Source: Octopus sinensis
Lineage: Eukaryota
Direction: 5' to 3'
DNA: 64,000 nucleotides
NCBI RefSeq assembly: GCF_006345805.1
Contig: NC_042997.1
Coordinates: 89,342,001 to 89,406,000, forward strand
Shown here piece by piece: positions 25,970 through 37,749 of this stretch. How positions within the stretch are numbered: the stretch's first letter is position 1; each line of letters begins with the position of its first letter. The notes under the pieces were generated by a model, which was not told where the DNA came from, made no database searches, and saw only the letters and a program-made list of their open reading frames with translations. A program made the position numbers and the translations under genes.

Positions 25970-26050
25970 GCTAGCATAGACAAGTTAGTTGATGAAAAGG
26001 ATTCTATAACCACATGCAAAGAAGACACACTTGAGAAAAGAAGAAAGCAG
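25970..26050 (+). CDS. RAD50: RAD50 exon N (ASIDKLVDEKDSITTCKEDTLEKRRKQ)
   Basis: ccaaag| acceptor, CAG|gtgagt donor; phase 0-0. Confidence 0.92.
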
Positions 26051-26746
26051 GTGAGTCTTTAGAGACATGATTTTGACAAATAACTTTTGAAACATTGAAA
26101 TTTCATGCCATTGTTTATATCAAACAAAAACTAATAAGAGTAAGTAATTTTTGTTGGACATTAGAAGTGGTGACTTGACCTGACTGTTTTAGTTGAAGTG
26201 TGAAAGTTTGATCATGTTGTGATATACAGTAAATCTGTTTCAGCATGTTTTATAGTATTGTGTGACTGTACGGTTATGTTCTGTTTACTTTACTGTGTTG
26301 GTTTTTTTTCATTAGCAGCAGAGGTGGACTCTGTTAGCGTTGATAGTCTAGATTTCTCTGGTTCTGAGGACACTTATAACATGGCATAATGCTTGGTAAT
26401 ATTTCATGCTTTGCGGCATTTCATCCATCTTTACATTCCAAGTTCAAATTTCACTGAGGTTGATTTTGCCTGTCATCCTTATGGGGTCGATAAAATAAGT
26501 ACCAGTTGAGAACTGGGGTCAATTTAATCAACTTGCCTCCTCCTCCAAAACTGCTGGCCTTCTGCCAAAATTTGAAGCCAATATTTCTAAAGAAAATTTT
26601 CAAAAATAAAATGTAGAAGTTTTGAAATAAAACAGAATTTAAAACGGTACAATTTACAATAATTTCAAAATTTTAGAATTTTTGTTTTGTTTTTGCCTAT
26701 TTTGTAATTTATTTTTGCATGTATTTTGTTTTCTTGCTTCTTTTAG

Positions 26747-26808
26747 GCTGAAGAAATCCAACAGAAGGGTGTCAGTCAGTTAAAAAGCTACATGTCAATT
26801 ATTCTCAA
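26747..26808 (+). CDS. RAD50: RAD50 exon O (AEEIQQKGVSQLKSYMSIIL)
   Basis: ttttag| acceptor, |gtaagt donor; aligns to human LNDIKEKVKNIHGYMKDIE. Confidence 0.92.
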
Positions 26809-27023
26809 GTAAGTTTATATTGTGGTCTATTTTTTCAGAAACATCACTTTGCTGTCTGTTGACTTGTCATTACTTGAATGTCTTGTTTGTTCTACAGTTC
26901 AGGACTCTATGTGTTGTGTAGCTCAGATGGACCATTTCCATGAAAGTTAAAGCAAAACAGGTTTCAAAAACTTTTAGAGTGCCTTGAAAAATCACTATAT
27001 GTCTATGTATTTGTAAAGGTGTG

Positions 27024-27497
27024 TTGAAATGGTTCATTTTCAACCAAGAGGCAAGCGAAGTTGATATAGAACCTCATCCGACGACAGGCACCCATGCCAA
27101 CCCCCTTTGCTTGCAAAGACATGTTGGGGCAAGCGAAATTGAAATCGAATTGAACCAGCCAGGACCCCTGGACTGGTGGTACGTAAAAAGCACTATCCAA
27201 CTCGTGGCCGATGCCAGCACCGCCTCGACTGGCTTCCGTGCCGGTGGCACGTAAAATGCACCAATCCGACCGTGGCCGTTGCCAGCCTCGCCTGGCACCT
27301 GTGCAGGTGGCACGTAAAAAGCACCCACTACACTCACGGAGTGGTTGGCGTTAGGAAGGGCATCCTGCTGTAGAAACATTGCCAGATAAGACTGGAGCCT
27401 GGTGCAGCCTTCTGGCTTCCCAGATCCCCGGTCGAACCGTCCAACCCATGCTAGCATGGAGAACGGACGTTAAACGATGATGATGATGATGATGATA
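27024..27497 (+). mobile_element. Young copy of the same (GAT)n-tailed retroelement, longer 5' extent
   Basis: Ends ggacgttaaacgatgatgatgatgatgat; about 85% identical to the reverse complement of 3658-3930. Confidence 0.8.
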
Positions 27498-28789
27498 TTG
27501 ATAGTGAAACAATTTGAGATCTACACTATTTGGAAGGTATAGAAAATATTTGTCTTGAAAATGTCACATACATTTTTGTCGAACATGTTGCACCAAGTAA
27601 ATGAAAACTGTGACAACTGACATTTTTGCCTTGGAAACTCAGCATTTTAAAAAAAATTTCAAGATCAATGTAAATAAACACCATGAGGCTTTCTATGCTG
27701 CTCTAGAGACATTCAAATAAATTGGCAGTTGATATTTTCAGGTGAAAAAAGTTATTTTGTGTAGTGTCATGTACATCAAACTTTTAAAATCCTCTTAAAA
27801 AGCATTCAGTGTACGTTACCGGTAAAAAAATTTTTTTTGCTCAATACTTGCTTGGGTAGTCAAATTTTTCTGTGAAAAATGAATTAATACAATTCTTATA
27901 AATGTACAAGATTTTACGACATTCTGTCAGTTATGATGATGAGGGTTCCAGTTGATCCAGTAAATGGAATAACCTACTTGTGAAATTAACATGCAAGTGC
28001 CTGAGTACTCCACAGACACGTGCACCCATAACATAGTTCTCAGGGAGATTCAGTGTGACACAGAATGTGACAAAACTGGCCTTTTGAAATACAGGTTCCA
28101 CTCATTTTTGCCAGCTGAGTGGCCTGGAGCAGTGTGAAATAAAGTGTCTTGCTCAAGGACACAACGTGTTGCCAGGAATTGAACTCATGATGGGCCTTCA
28201 CTGTTCAAGATTTACAGCTTAGTTATTTCATAATTTGTATTTCTAATTGTTACATATGTCACACTAGAAAGGCCTACATCAGCTCTAATCCAGTGGCACT
28301 ATGATCAATATCTGTTCATCTGCGACCATCCTCAGTTTGTTTTACAATCAGTGTATTTAATATGTGCGTGTTTGATGTGGCGGAAGAAGAAGCTGATTGA
28401 CAAACTGGACTGTAACCACCTTATTCATAACAGAAATAGGTTGGTGGTTATAACAAGCTGGTTTTATAGTGTCTTGTTCAGTACTTTATTTCTTTAGGTT
28501 CAAGTTAGCCAATGAGAAATGTAAAACAGCGTCACAGATCATTATCATCCCAGTTAACAGTAATAACTAAACTGTGGTGCATAACCTTGATCAGGAGGTA
28601 ATTTCTTAGCAAACCAATTCTGATGCATGCTTTTAGCTCCTAGTTGGAAAAATTTGTTCTGCTATTGTCATTAGCAAACCCATTAATTTCACTCGTCGGT
28701 TCTCTTTTCTCTTCTTGTACAATACTCTCTTGCTTAGTTTAGAAATCAATCCCTAAACTTCTTTTATTTTGATATTTGTTTGTATTTAG

Positions 28790-28937
28790 TTATGAGAAAT
28801 CCGGTAAGGCTGCACTTTTGGAAGAGAAGAAGGAGAGATGTAAGAGTCTGAATGACAAAGTTGAGCGGATCACCAATAAAAGAAACCAATTACAAGATAG
28901 TGTGTCTAAAATCAGGAAAGAATTGTCAAAAGAGAAG
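28790..28937 (+). CDS. RAD50: RAD50 exon P (YEKSGKAALLEEKKERC...KIRKELSKEK)
   Basis: atttag| acceptor, AAG|gttgtt donor (weak); frame continuous with exons O and Q. Confidence 0.92.
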
Positions 28938-29195
28938 GTTGTTAAATTTTTTACTAATTTTTATCTTTTATTTTTTTACTTGTTTCAGTCATTGAACAGC
29001 AACCATGCTTGGGCACTGCCTTGAAGTGTTTGAGTTGAGCAAATCGATCTCAGGACTTATCTTTTTTAAGTCTGGTACTTATTCTCTTACGGGGATGTGA
29101 GCTCACCAATATTTTGTTGTCAAGCAGTGGGGGTGGGGAGAGACAAATACAGAAACAGACACACACACATAGATATATACTTATACATATATATA

Positions 29196-29405
29196 CTCTT
29201 TTACTTGTTTCAGTCAGTTGACTGCGGCCATGTTGGAGCACCGCCTTTAGTCGAGCAACTCGACCCCGGGACTTATTCTTTGTAAGCCCAGTACTTATTC
29301 TATCGATCTCTTTTGCCGAACTGCTAAGTGACGGGGACATAAACACACCAGCATCGGTTGTCAAGCAATGCTAGGGGGACAAACACAGACATACAAACAT
29401 ACACG

Positions 29406-29441
<36 letters not shown>

Positions 29442-29609
29442 CATATATACGACGGGCTTCTTTCAGTTTCCGTCTACCAAATCCACTCACAAGGTTTTGG
29501 TCAGCCCGAGGCTATAGTAGAAGACACTTGCCCAAGATGCCACTAGTGGGACTGAACCTGGAACCATGTGGTTGGTAAGCAAGCTACTTATCACACAGCC
29601 ACTCTTGCA

Positions 29610-29611
<2 letters not shown>
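29196..29611 (-). mobile_element. Young full-length copy of the same SINE family
   Basis: CpG-retaining reverse copy with internal (CA)/(TA) microsatellite. Confidence 0.85.
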
Positions 29612-29657
<46 letters not shown>

Positions 29658-30361
29658 ATGGGTTTCTTTTCAGTTTCTGTTTTCCAAATCCACTCATAGG
29701 GCTTTGGTCAGCCTGAGGATATAGTGGAAGACACTTGCTCAAGGTGCCACACAGTGGACTAAACCCGGAACCATGTGATTGGGAAGCAAGCTACTTACCA
29801 CATGGCCACACTTGCACCTATGAGTTGTTTGTTGTTATTATTTAGGTTTTACTCACCTCTGATCAAGCAGGGATTCCAGGCCTAATCATCCTATCCCTTT
29901 GTAAGTCATGAACTACATTGTTCAATGTAGTGTTTTATATTTAAGACGGTAAGGTGGGATTTGGGACAAATTTGGCTGCTGTTTTTAGCAGGTTGAATGA
30001 TTGTACATGTGTCCCCACTGCAGCTAATGAACCCTGTTTGCATATACATAGCGACATTGTGAGGTTTGATGATTGACTTGCCTGCACACACACACACACA
30101 TTTCTCCACTTCCTGCACGTCTGTTAATTAAGTGGTTAGTGACTGGAAGAGCATCAAATTCTAAAATTATTTACCCCAGCAATGTGCATGTGGTGAAACT
30201 TATGAAACCCATCATTCTTTGTAAACCTAGTAATTGTTCTACTGGTTTCTTTTGCCGAACCACTAAGTTATGGAGACATAAACACACCAACATAGGTAGT
30301 CAAGCGATGGCAGAGGAGCAAACTCAGACACAAAGACACACACACACACACATACACACAT

Positions 30362-30404
<43 letters not shown>

Positions 30405-30736
30405 TATATATACATATTCATACACACGCACACACACACACATATATAACAGGCTTTTTTCAGTTCTTTGAGGTTCTGCCTACCAAATTCACTCACAGGG
30501 CTTTGGTTAGCCCAAGGCTATAGTAGAAGACACTTGTCCAAGGTGCCATGCTGTAGGACTGAACCTGGAGCTTCTTATCACACAGCTACACTTGTACCTA
30601 TAATTTTGTTGCATGTTTGTTTTATAACCTTTATTTTTATATTATAATTTGCTACAGACTTCTTATGATTTTTATTTTTAAAACTTGCTGCTTGTGAACA
30701 TTTTAACTCTTTCTTTTTTTTTTTGGTTTGCATCAG

Positions 30737-30910
30737 ATGAGGAAGCGGGAACTTGATGATACTTTTCTGTTACGTGAGAAAGAGAAAGACATTGAGAAAT
30801 TGCAAGATAAAGTAGAAATTCTTAAGAAGAAACTCGGTGATTATGGTGACAGCAGTTTAGCTGAACAGCTTCGCTCATTGAAGAAAAAGCAGGAAAAACT
30901 TGACAGGGAG
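30737..30910 (+). CDS. RAD50: RAD50 exon Q (MRKRELDDTFLLREKEKDI...KQEKLDRE)
   Basis: catcag| acceptor, GAG|gttagt donor; aligns to human IQERWLQDNLTLRKRNEEL. Confidence 0.95.
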
Positions 30911-31142
30911 GTTAGTTGATGTCTTCTTTTAGTTTTGTGCTGTGGTGTGTTGGTTGTGGAGTTGGTTATAATGCACTGTGTTTGTTGTAATATGCTGCTT
31001 TGGATATTTAACAGCTTTTGATATAGAACTGTGTTGAATGTGGTACCATATTAAGCATTCAATATAGTACTGTATTGAATATATAATATTGTATTAGGTA
31101 TTCAATATAATACTGTATGGAATGTATTATTGCATTAGATAA

Positions 31143-31840
31143 AGGCAGTGTGCTGACAGAATTGTTAACATGCTGGGCAAAATGCTTAGCGTCATTTCAT
31201 CCATCTTTATGTTCTGAGTTCAAATTCTGCTGAGGTCAACTTTTCCTTTCATTCTTTCAAGGTCGATAAAATAAGAACCAGTTGAATATTGGTGTTAATG
31301 TAATCGATTTATACCCACACTGAAATTGCTGGCATTGTACCGAAATTTGAAACCAATGTTGCGTCAAACATTCAATATAGCTGCTCTTGTCTCGTACAAT
31401 ATTACTATTGTATGAGACAAGAGTAGCGAGCTAGCAGAATTGTTAGCACGCTGGGCAAAATGTTTAGTGGTATTTCATCTGCCGTTATGTTCTGAGTTCA
31501 AATTCTGCCGAAGTCGACTTTGCTTTTCATCCTTTCAGGGTCAATTAAATAAGTACCAGTTATGCACTGGGGTCGATGTAATCAACTTAATCTCTTTGTC
31601 TGTCCTTGTTTGTCCCTTCAATGCTTAGCCCCCTGTGGGCAATAAAGAAATAAATATTGTATGAAACGTTTGATAAAGTACTATGTTGAATATAATATTA
31701 TATTAGGCAGTGAATTGGCAGATTTATTAGAGCATTTGATTGAATGTGTTGTGGTATTAGTTCTGATTTGCTGTACTCTCTGAGTTCAAATCCTGCCAAG
31801 TTCAACTTTGCCTGTCATCCTTTCGGGCTTGATAATAAAG
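31143..31840 (+). mobile_element. Three consecutive SINEs with a Meta-domain-like core (others at ~9574-9785 and ~26374-26582)
   Basis: gactttgcctttcatcctttcggggtcgataaaataagtaccag core resembles the MetaSINE/Sauria SINE central domain (from recollection). Confidence 0.65.
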
Positions 31841-31842
31841 TA

Positions 31843-32209
31843 GGCACAGAAGTGGCTGTGTGGTAAGACGCTTGCTTCCCAGCCACATAGTTCTGGGTTC
31901 AGTCCCACTGCATGGCACTTTGGGTAAGTGTCTTATACTATAGCCTCAGGCCAACCAAATCCTTGTGAGTAGATTTGGTAGACAGAAACTGAAAGAAGCC
32001 TGTCAATTATATATATATGTATTTGTATGTCTATCTTTGTCCCCCCCACCATCACTTGACACCGATGTTGGTGTGTTTACATCCCTGTAACTTAGCAGTT
32101 CAGCCAAAGACCAATAGAATAAGTACTAGGCTTACAAAGAATAAGTCCTGGGTCGATTTGCTCGACTGAAGGCTGTGCTCCAGCATGACTGAAACAAATA
32201 AAAGAATAA
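31843..32209 (+). mobile_element. Abundant tRNA-derived SINE family (ggctgtgtggtaagaagcttgcttccc head), representative near-full-length copy
   Basis: More than 15 partial or full copies on both strands (e.g. 720-860, 6830-6960, 19940-20080, 20640-20790, 29660-29820, 30227-30599, 42140-42290, 47320-47460, 50260-50350). Confidence 0.85.
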
Positions 32210-32662
32210 ACAATACTTATTCATAGTGGTGGATTGTTATAACTCTAAGAATGTCAGATCAGATACCTTGTGGTATTTGTTCTGGTTCTATACCTTTATG
32301 GTCAAATTCTACCCAAGTGCTTAAAAAGCTCTTGCCATCTCACAAGCCTAGTGTGGCAAGTAAAGCAAATACTCAAAACAAAGGCTGGCACCAAACAAAT
32401 AGTGCTAAATAGGATCAAGAGAAGAGGTTTCTCCAGATGGAGAGATATGTACCTTTGTGAATGAACGAATTGTTTTAATATGAAGTTTTGGATGAGGGTA
32501 CTGCATAAAATATATGTTATATAGAGTATTACAACAATATTGATGCACTATTTATTGTGAGAGAGTGTTTTTCTGTTCTGGCATTGGCTATGATTCTATG
32601 TTAGTTGTAGAACTTTGGTTTCCTTTATATATTATCTAAAAAAAATAACCCTGTGTATCACA

Positions 32663-33460
32663 AATTTTGTCCTTGGGTAGCAACTGTTATTTCCTATTTG
32701 CTTACCCTCAGAACGTATTAAAAATGGCTAACATTTGCTTCAAACTTTGCTGTTGTTACATTTATTCAAACCCCAAAGAATCTTTCTGAACACATGGCTA
32801 TGATGTTCCCCATTACTCTTGCTCATGATTAGAGATGTACATACTGTCAGCCACTAAGAGACATACTCAAGTGGTTAAGACAATGTTTCTCAACCTTTTT
32901 ACCCTTGCGTAACCCTTAAAATAAATTACATGTCTCAAGGAACCCCTGCACAAAAAAACAATTATATACCATATCTTTTTCATTTTTTTCATTGTAGTTC
33001 ATGTGGTAAATATCATATATATATCCCCCCAATGTTTTTGATAACATAATAGGTTATAACTATAAGAATGATGACATAATAGGATAATATAATAGGTTAT
33101 GACAACAAGATGATGTCTATATTACAATATTACAATAACCAATAATATGCTGTGCTTCTATAGTAATATTATGATCATGAAATTAGCATTAGCTTATCTC
33201 ACTCTTTCTCGCGGAACCCTAGGGTTCCAGGGATCCCCAGTTGAGAAACACTGGGTTCAGGTAAAGCAACTGACAAGCAAATCTGTGGTATTGAGCTGAT
33301 TATTGCTATAACAATATTTCTGCTTCAGCAACCTCGACACTGAATCTGTCTGAAATGTAATAAAGAAAAAGCAAAGTTTGAAGAATAGTGGTCATTTCCT
33401 TTGATTTCTAGATAGAAGCAAATAGGAAATAACACTTACTAACAAATGACAAACGACAAA
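32663..33460. mobile_element. Unclassified TIR-bearing repeat, copy 2 (interrupted by a hAT MITE)
   Basis: Direct homology to 11114-11552 on both sides of the 32881-33253 insertion. Confidence 0.65.
32881..33253. mobile_element. hAT MITE nested in another repeat
   Basis: TIR caatgtttctcaac / gttgagaaacactg; TSD ggttaaga/ggttcagg; an empty-site paralogue exists at ~11308. Confidence 0.88.
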
Positions 33461-33524
33461 AAAAAAATACAAATTTTGTTACCCAGTGTAATCACATCAT
33501 ACTTTCTCTTTGTTTTGTCTATAG

Positions 33525-33650
33525 AAAGACATTGCTGTAGGACGCCAAGATGGCTTTCAAGTACACATTGCTTCAATCAATGAAGAACTTGCATCTGACA
33601 TGTACAAAAATGCTTTCCAAAGATATCAGCAAACATTAATTGACTTACGG
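33525..33650 (+). CDS. RAD50: RAD50 exon R (KDIAVGRQDGFQVHIASINEELASDMYKNAFQRYQQTLIDLR)
   Basis: tatag| acceptor, CGG|gtaagt donor; aligns to human HNLALGRQKGYEEEI. Confidence 0.95.
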
Positions 33651-33842
33651 GTAAGTTGCTCCTCTCTTTGTATGTCTTATGTTTTACTATCATATTAGTT
33701 TTTATGTGAAGCTGCATGGCCTAATGGTTAGAGTGTTGCACTCATGATTGCAAGGTCATGGTTTTGATTCCCAGACTGGCTGGATATTGTGTTCTGGAGC
33801 AAAACACTCCATTTCATGTTACTTCAGTCCATTCAGTTGCAA

Positions 33843-34212
33843 ATGAGTAGCCTTGTGACAGACCAGTATTCTGTTCAGAGAGAATGTTGGCCTGCCTGCT
33901 TAGCCAGTGGGTTGGTATCATTTGAAAGCTACAACAATGCAAGGAAGTGCTTTCTGACCAGCAGTGTGTAACCACATCTAATAGTCTGTTTGATATAATA
34001 ACACAGTGCATGTATGGAGGAATGGAAAGTTGTTGAGTGGTGATAGTTTGCTCCAAAGCTTGGAGAAGTTGATGTGTGGCTATAAAATATATGAGGGTGC
34101 ATGGCCTAGTGGTTCAGGTGTTTCATTCACGATTGCAAGATTGTGGTTTCAATTCTTGGACTGGGTAGTGTATTGTGATCTTGAGCAAAACATTTCATTT
34201 CGTATTGCTCTG
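33843..34212 (-). repeat. Inverted duplication block 1, copy B
   Basis: Reverse complement of 24170-24541. Confidence 0.93.
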
Positions 34213-34766
34213 TAATCACTTGGACATCTGACTTGTGGCACACCGTGCACCAGTGCAGGCAATATCAATTTGCAGAAGAGAGTGGGCTAATGCGCTGCAT
34301 AAGCATTTGATCACTATAAACAAATCATCTGTGCAGGTTGTTCAACAAGAAAGTGTAGGATTCTCATCTGTTGTCTATGACCGGAGAATCTGTCATTGAT
34401 ATAGTTTGAACATTGTGTTCATTGTCCTTTTTTATTTTTTGTCAACTTATTCCATGCTAGTATGGGTTGTATAAAACTTCCTGATGCTAGCACAGGTTCT
34501 GCAAGACTTCCTGATGCCAAATTTTGTTTCCAATAGTTTTGTCTCATTGAAGTGCCAAGTTGGGGGACATAAGCAAACATCACTGCTGTTCAACCAGTAA
34601 CCATGCAAAGACATTATTCAACAATGTACTTTCAAGTAAAAATCCTGTACAAAGCTCAGGTGAAACCCTGCAATTGAATACTGGTCCCACAATTGGATCA
34701 GTGTTGCTACACATACAAACATGTGTTTTCTACACATACAGACATCTTAAAGCCCATTCCCTGGCA

Positions 34767-35092
34767 TTGGTCAGACCAGGGTGAAAGTAAAAGAAACTTG
34801 CCCAAGATGGGATTGAATCCAAAATCACTTGGTAGTGAAACAAATTTATTAGCCATACATTCATGCCTGCGTCTACATACACACACAATGTATTTTATAC
34901 ACATATATAGAATGAACATTGTCTGAATAAAGGGCTTCATATAAATATACACACTAATACTTATTACAATGTACAATGATTCAGTAAGTAGATGGTACTA
35001 TGACTTTATAGGAAGAATATGTATATAGGCATGGGCATGGCTGTGTGGTAAGAAGTTTGCTTCTCAACCACATGGTTCCAGGTTCAATCCCA
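34767..35092 (-). repeat. Inverted duplication block 2, copy B
   Basis: Reverse complement of 23318-23697, lacking about 70 bp present in copy A. Confidence 0.85.
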
Positions 35093-37484
35093 CTGAAAGA
35101 AGCCTGTTATGTGTGTGTTTGTATACGTCACTGTACTTTAGCAGTTTAGCAAAAGAGACCAAGAGAATGTACCAGGTTTAAAAAATAAGTACTGATGTCT
35201 ATTCATTCAGCTAAAATATTTTTAGGCGGTGCCCCAGCTTGGTCACAGTCTAATGACTGAAACAAGTAAAAGATAACAATAACAGACAAAAAGTCATGGT
35301 TTTTAGATACATCACTTTATGTTTGTCAATCAAATCCCACTGTGATCAGACTTTTTTCGCCCTCCCAGGGGCAATAAGTACCACTGAAGTATGCTGTGTG
35401 TCAAAATTAGAAACCATGTTCATTATTATTGTTAGGGTGACGAGCTGATAGAGTCATTAACATACTGGAAAATGCTTAAGAACCTTCCCAATCACATGGT
35501 TCAGGGTTCAGTTCCACTGCATGGCACCTTGGGCAAGTGTCTTGTTCTATAGCCTTGTGAGTGGATTTGGTAGACACAAACTGAAAGTAGCTTGTCATAT
35601 ATACATGCATATATATCTATGTTACGTGTTTGTATTTGGCTCCCACTGCTTGACAACTGGCTGTGGTTGTTTACGTCCCTGTAACTTAGCTTTTCAGCAA
35701 AGGAGACCGATAGAATAATTACCAGGTTTTAAAAAAGAATATTAGTACTGGGGTCGATATATTCGACTAACAATTCTTCAAACAGTACTCCAGCAAGGCT
35801 ACAGTCTAATGACCAAAACAAGTTTAAGAAAAAAAAACAGAAAAAGGACGTTTGTTTTGGAATTACTTTCTCAGTTCATATGCCGCCAAAGTTGACTTTG
35901 CCTCTCAACATTTGGCGGTTGACAAAACAAGTATTACTCAAGTACTGGGGTTGATGTAATCCTCCCACACAAAATTTCTGGCCTTGTGCCAAAATTAGAA
36001 AGTATTATTATTAACTTCATTGTTTTATTTAAAGTGCTTTGTCTATAGATATTCAAATAAGTAATTTTTTGAAATTTCAAGCTTACTACATTTTTGTTTT
36101 ATTGTTAATTTTTTAGTTTTTTGTTTTTTAATTTTTTTGTTCAAACTTTTGTTTAGTCTGTTTGTGTAGACAGACCTACAATCAAAGTCTTTTATTTCAG
36201 CCATCGTGTCTTTTATTTTCAGACACACTAGATTGAAAATAAAGATATCCAGTGTGTTTTGCTAGTTTAAGATTGTAGGGTGTTATTTGAAGGAGATTTA
36301 ACTGTTATCTCTTGCATGTCAAGCAAGCATGTACAGATTCTTTCACTGTCTTCTTATACTTGAAGATCACATGGTCCCAAGTTCAGTTCCACTGTGTGGC
36401 ACCTTGGGCAAGTGTCTTCTACTATAGCCATAGGCTGACCAGAGCCTAGTGAGTATATTTGGTGAAGAAACTCTGGAAGAAACCTGTTATGTGTTTGTGT
36501 GTGTTGCTCAGGGGTTAAAGCATCAGGCTCACAATCATGAGATACTGAGTTTGATTCCCAGACTGGGCTGTGTTGCGTTCTTGAGCAAATCACTTTATTT
36601 CATGTTGCTCAAGTTCACTCAGCTATAGAAATGAGTTGCAATGTTATTGGTGCCAAACTCTATGAGCCTTTGCCTTTCCCTTGGATAACATCAGTGGTGT
36701 GAAGAGGGGAGGCTGGTATGCATGGGAGATTGCTGATCTTCCATAAACAATCTTGTTCAGACTTGTGCCTCAGAGGGTAACTTTCTAGGTGCAGTCCCAT
36801 GGCTATTCATAACCGAAGGGGGTTTTTACCCTTTATAGATAGACAGAGAGACACACATGATGGAATTTCCTGTCATAAACGTGTGTGTGTGCATCATGGT
36901 ATTACAGTAGCAACTGGACTATTGGATGTTGTTATACATCACTGGTCACAATGTGCTTCACATTATTTTAGCTTTTGCATGATGTCACCCCACTTCCTAG
37001 ATGGTCAGACCAACATTCCTCTGAACAGAATGCCAGTACATTGCAGGATTACCCAATTACAACTGAGTAGACTGGACCAACATATAATGAAGTGCTCTGC
37101 TCAAGAACACAATGGGAATTGAAATCATAATCTCATGACTGTGAGTGCAACACCCTAACCACTAGGCTAAGCGCCTTCACACACACACGCATGCACGTGT
37201 ATGTGTGTCTTACAGTCTCTTTGCTTTAACATCATGTGATAGTGGTAAAATTAATGCCTCCATCATGCAAGTGGTGTTTTTTGTTTCTAGTATTCTGTAA
37301 AAACATGTCTGGTCATGGGGGAAATATTACTTTACTTGGAAACAGGTAAGGCTTACGATAGGAAAGGCATTTGGCTGTTTAACATGTGCAAGCATGGAAA
37401 AGTGGAAGTTTAAAACATTGATGATGGTGTTTTGTTCTAACCTTCTTATCCCACTTCTTATTACTATAACTAACTTGTTTTCAG

Positions 37485-37537
37485 ACCACTGAAATGGCCA
37501 ACTTAGATTTACAGAAATATTACGCGGCTCTTGATGT
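37485..37537 (+). CDS. RAD50: RAD50 exon S (TTEMANLDLQKYYAALD)
   Basis: tttcag| acceptor, |gtgagt donor; matches human TTELVNKDLDIYYKTLD. Confidence 0.96.
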
Positions 37538-37616
37538 GTGAGTAATGAATTTTTTTTATTTTCCAGTAAGATAGATTCTAAATAAAATGTTTGTGTTTCT
37601 CTGATTATATAGACTG

Positions 37617-37658
<42 letters not shown>

Positions 37659-37749
37659 AAGGGAAAGTTTACGAAAATAAACAAAAGACGAAGGCAGGTG
37701 GTGTACAAACAAACAGATGTATTAGTATAGCGCTCAGGAATAGAAAAAG

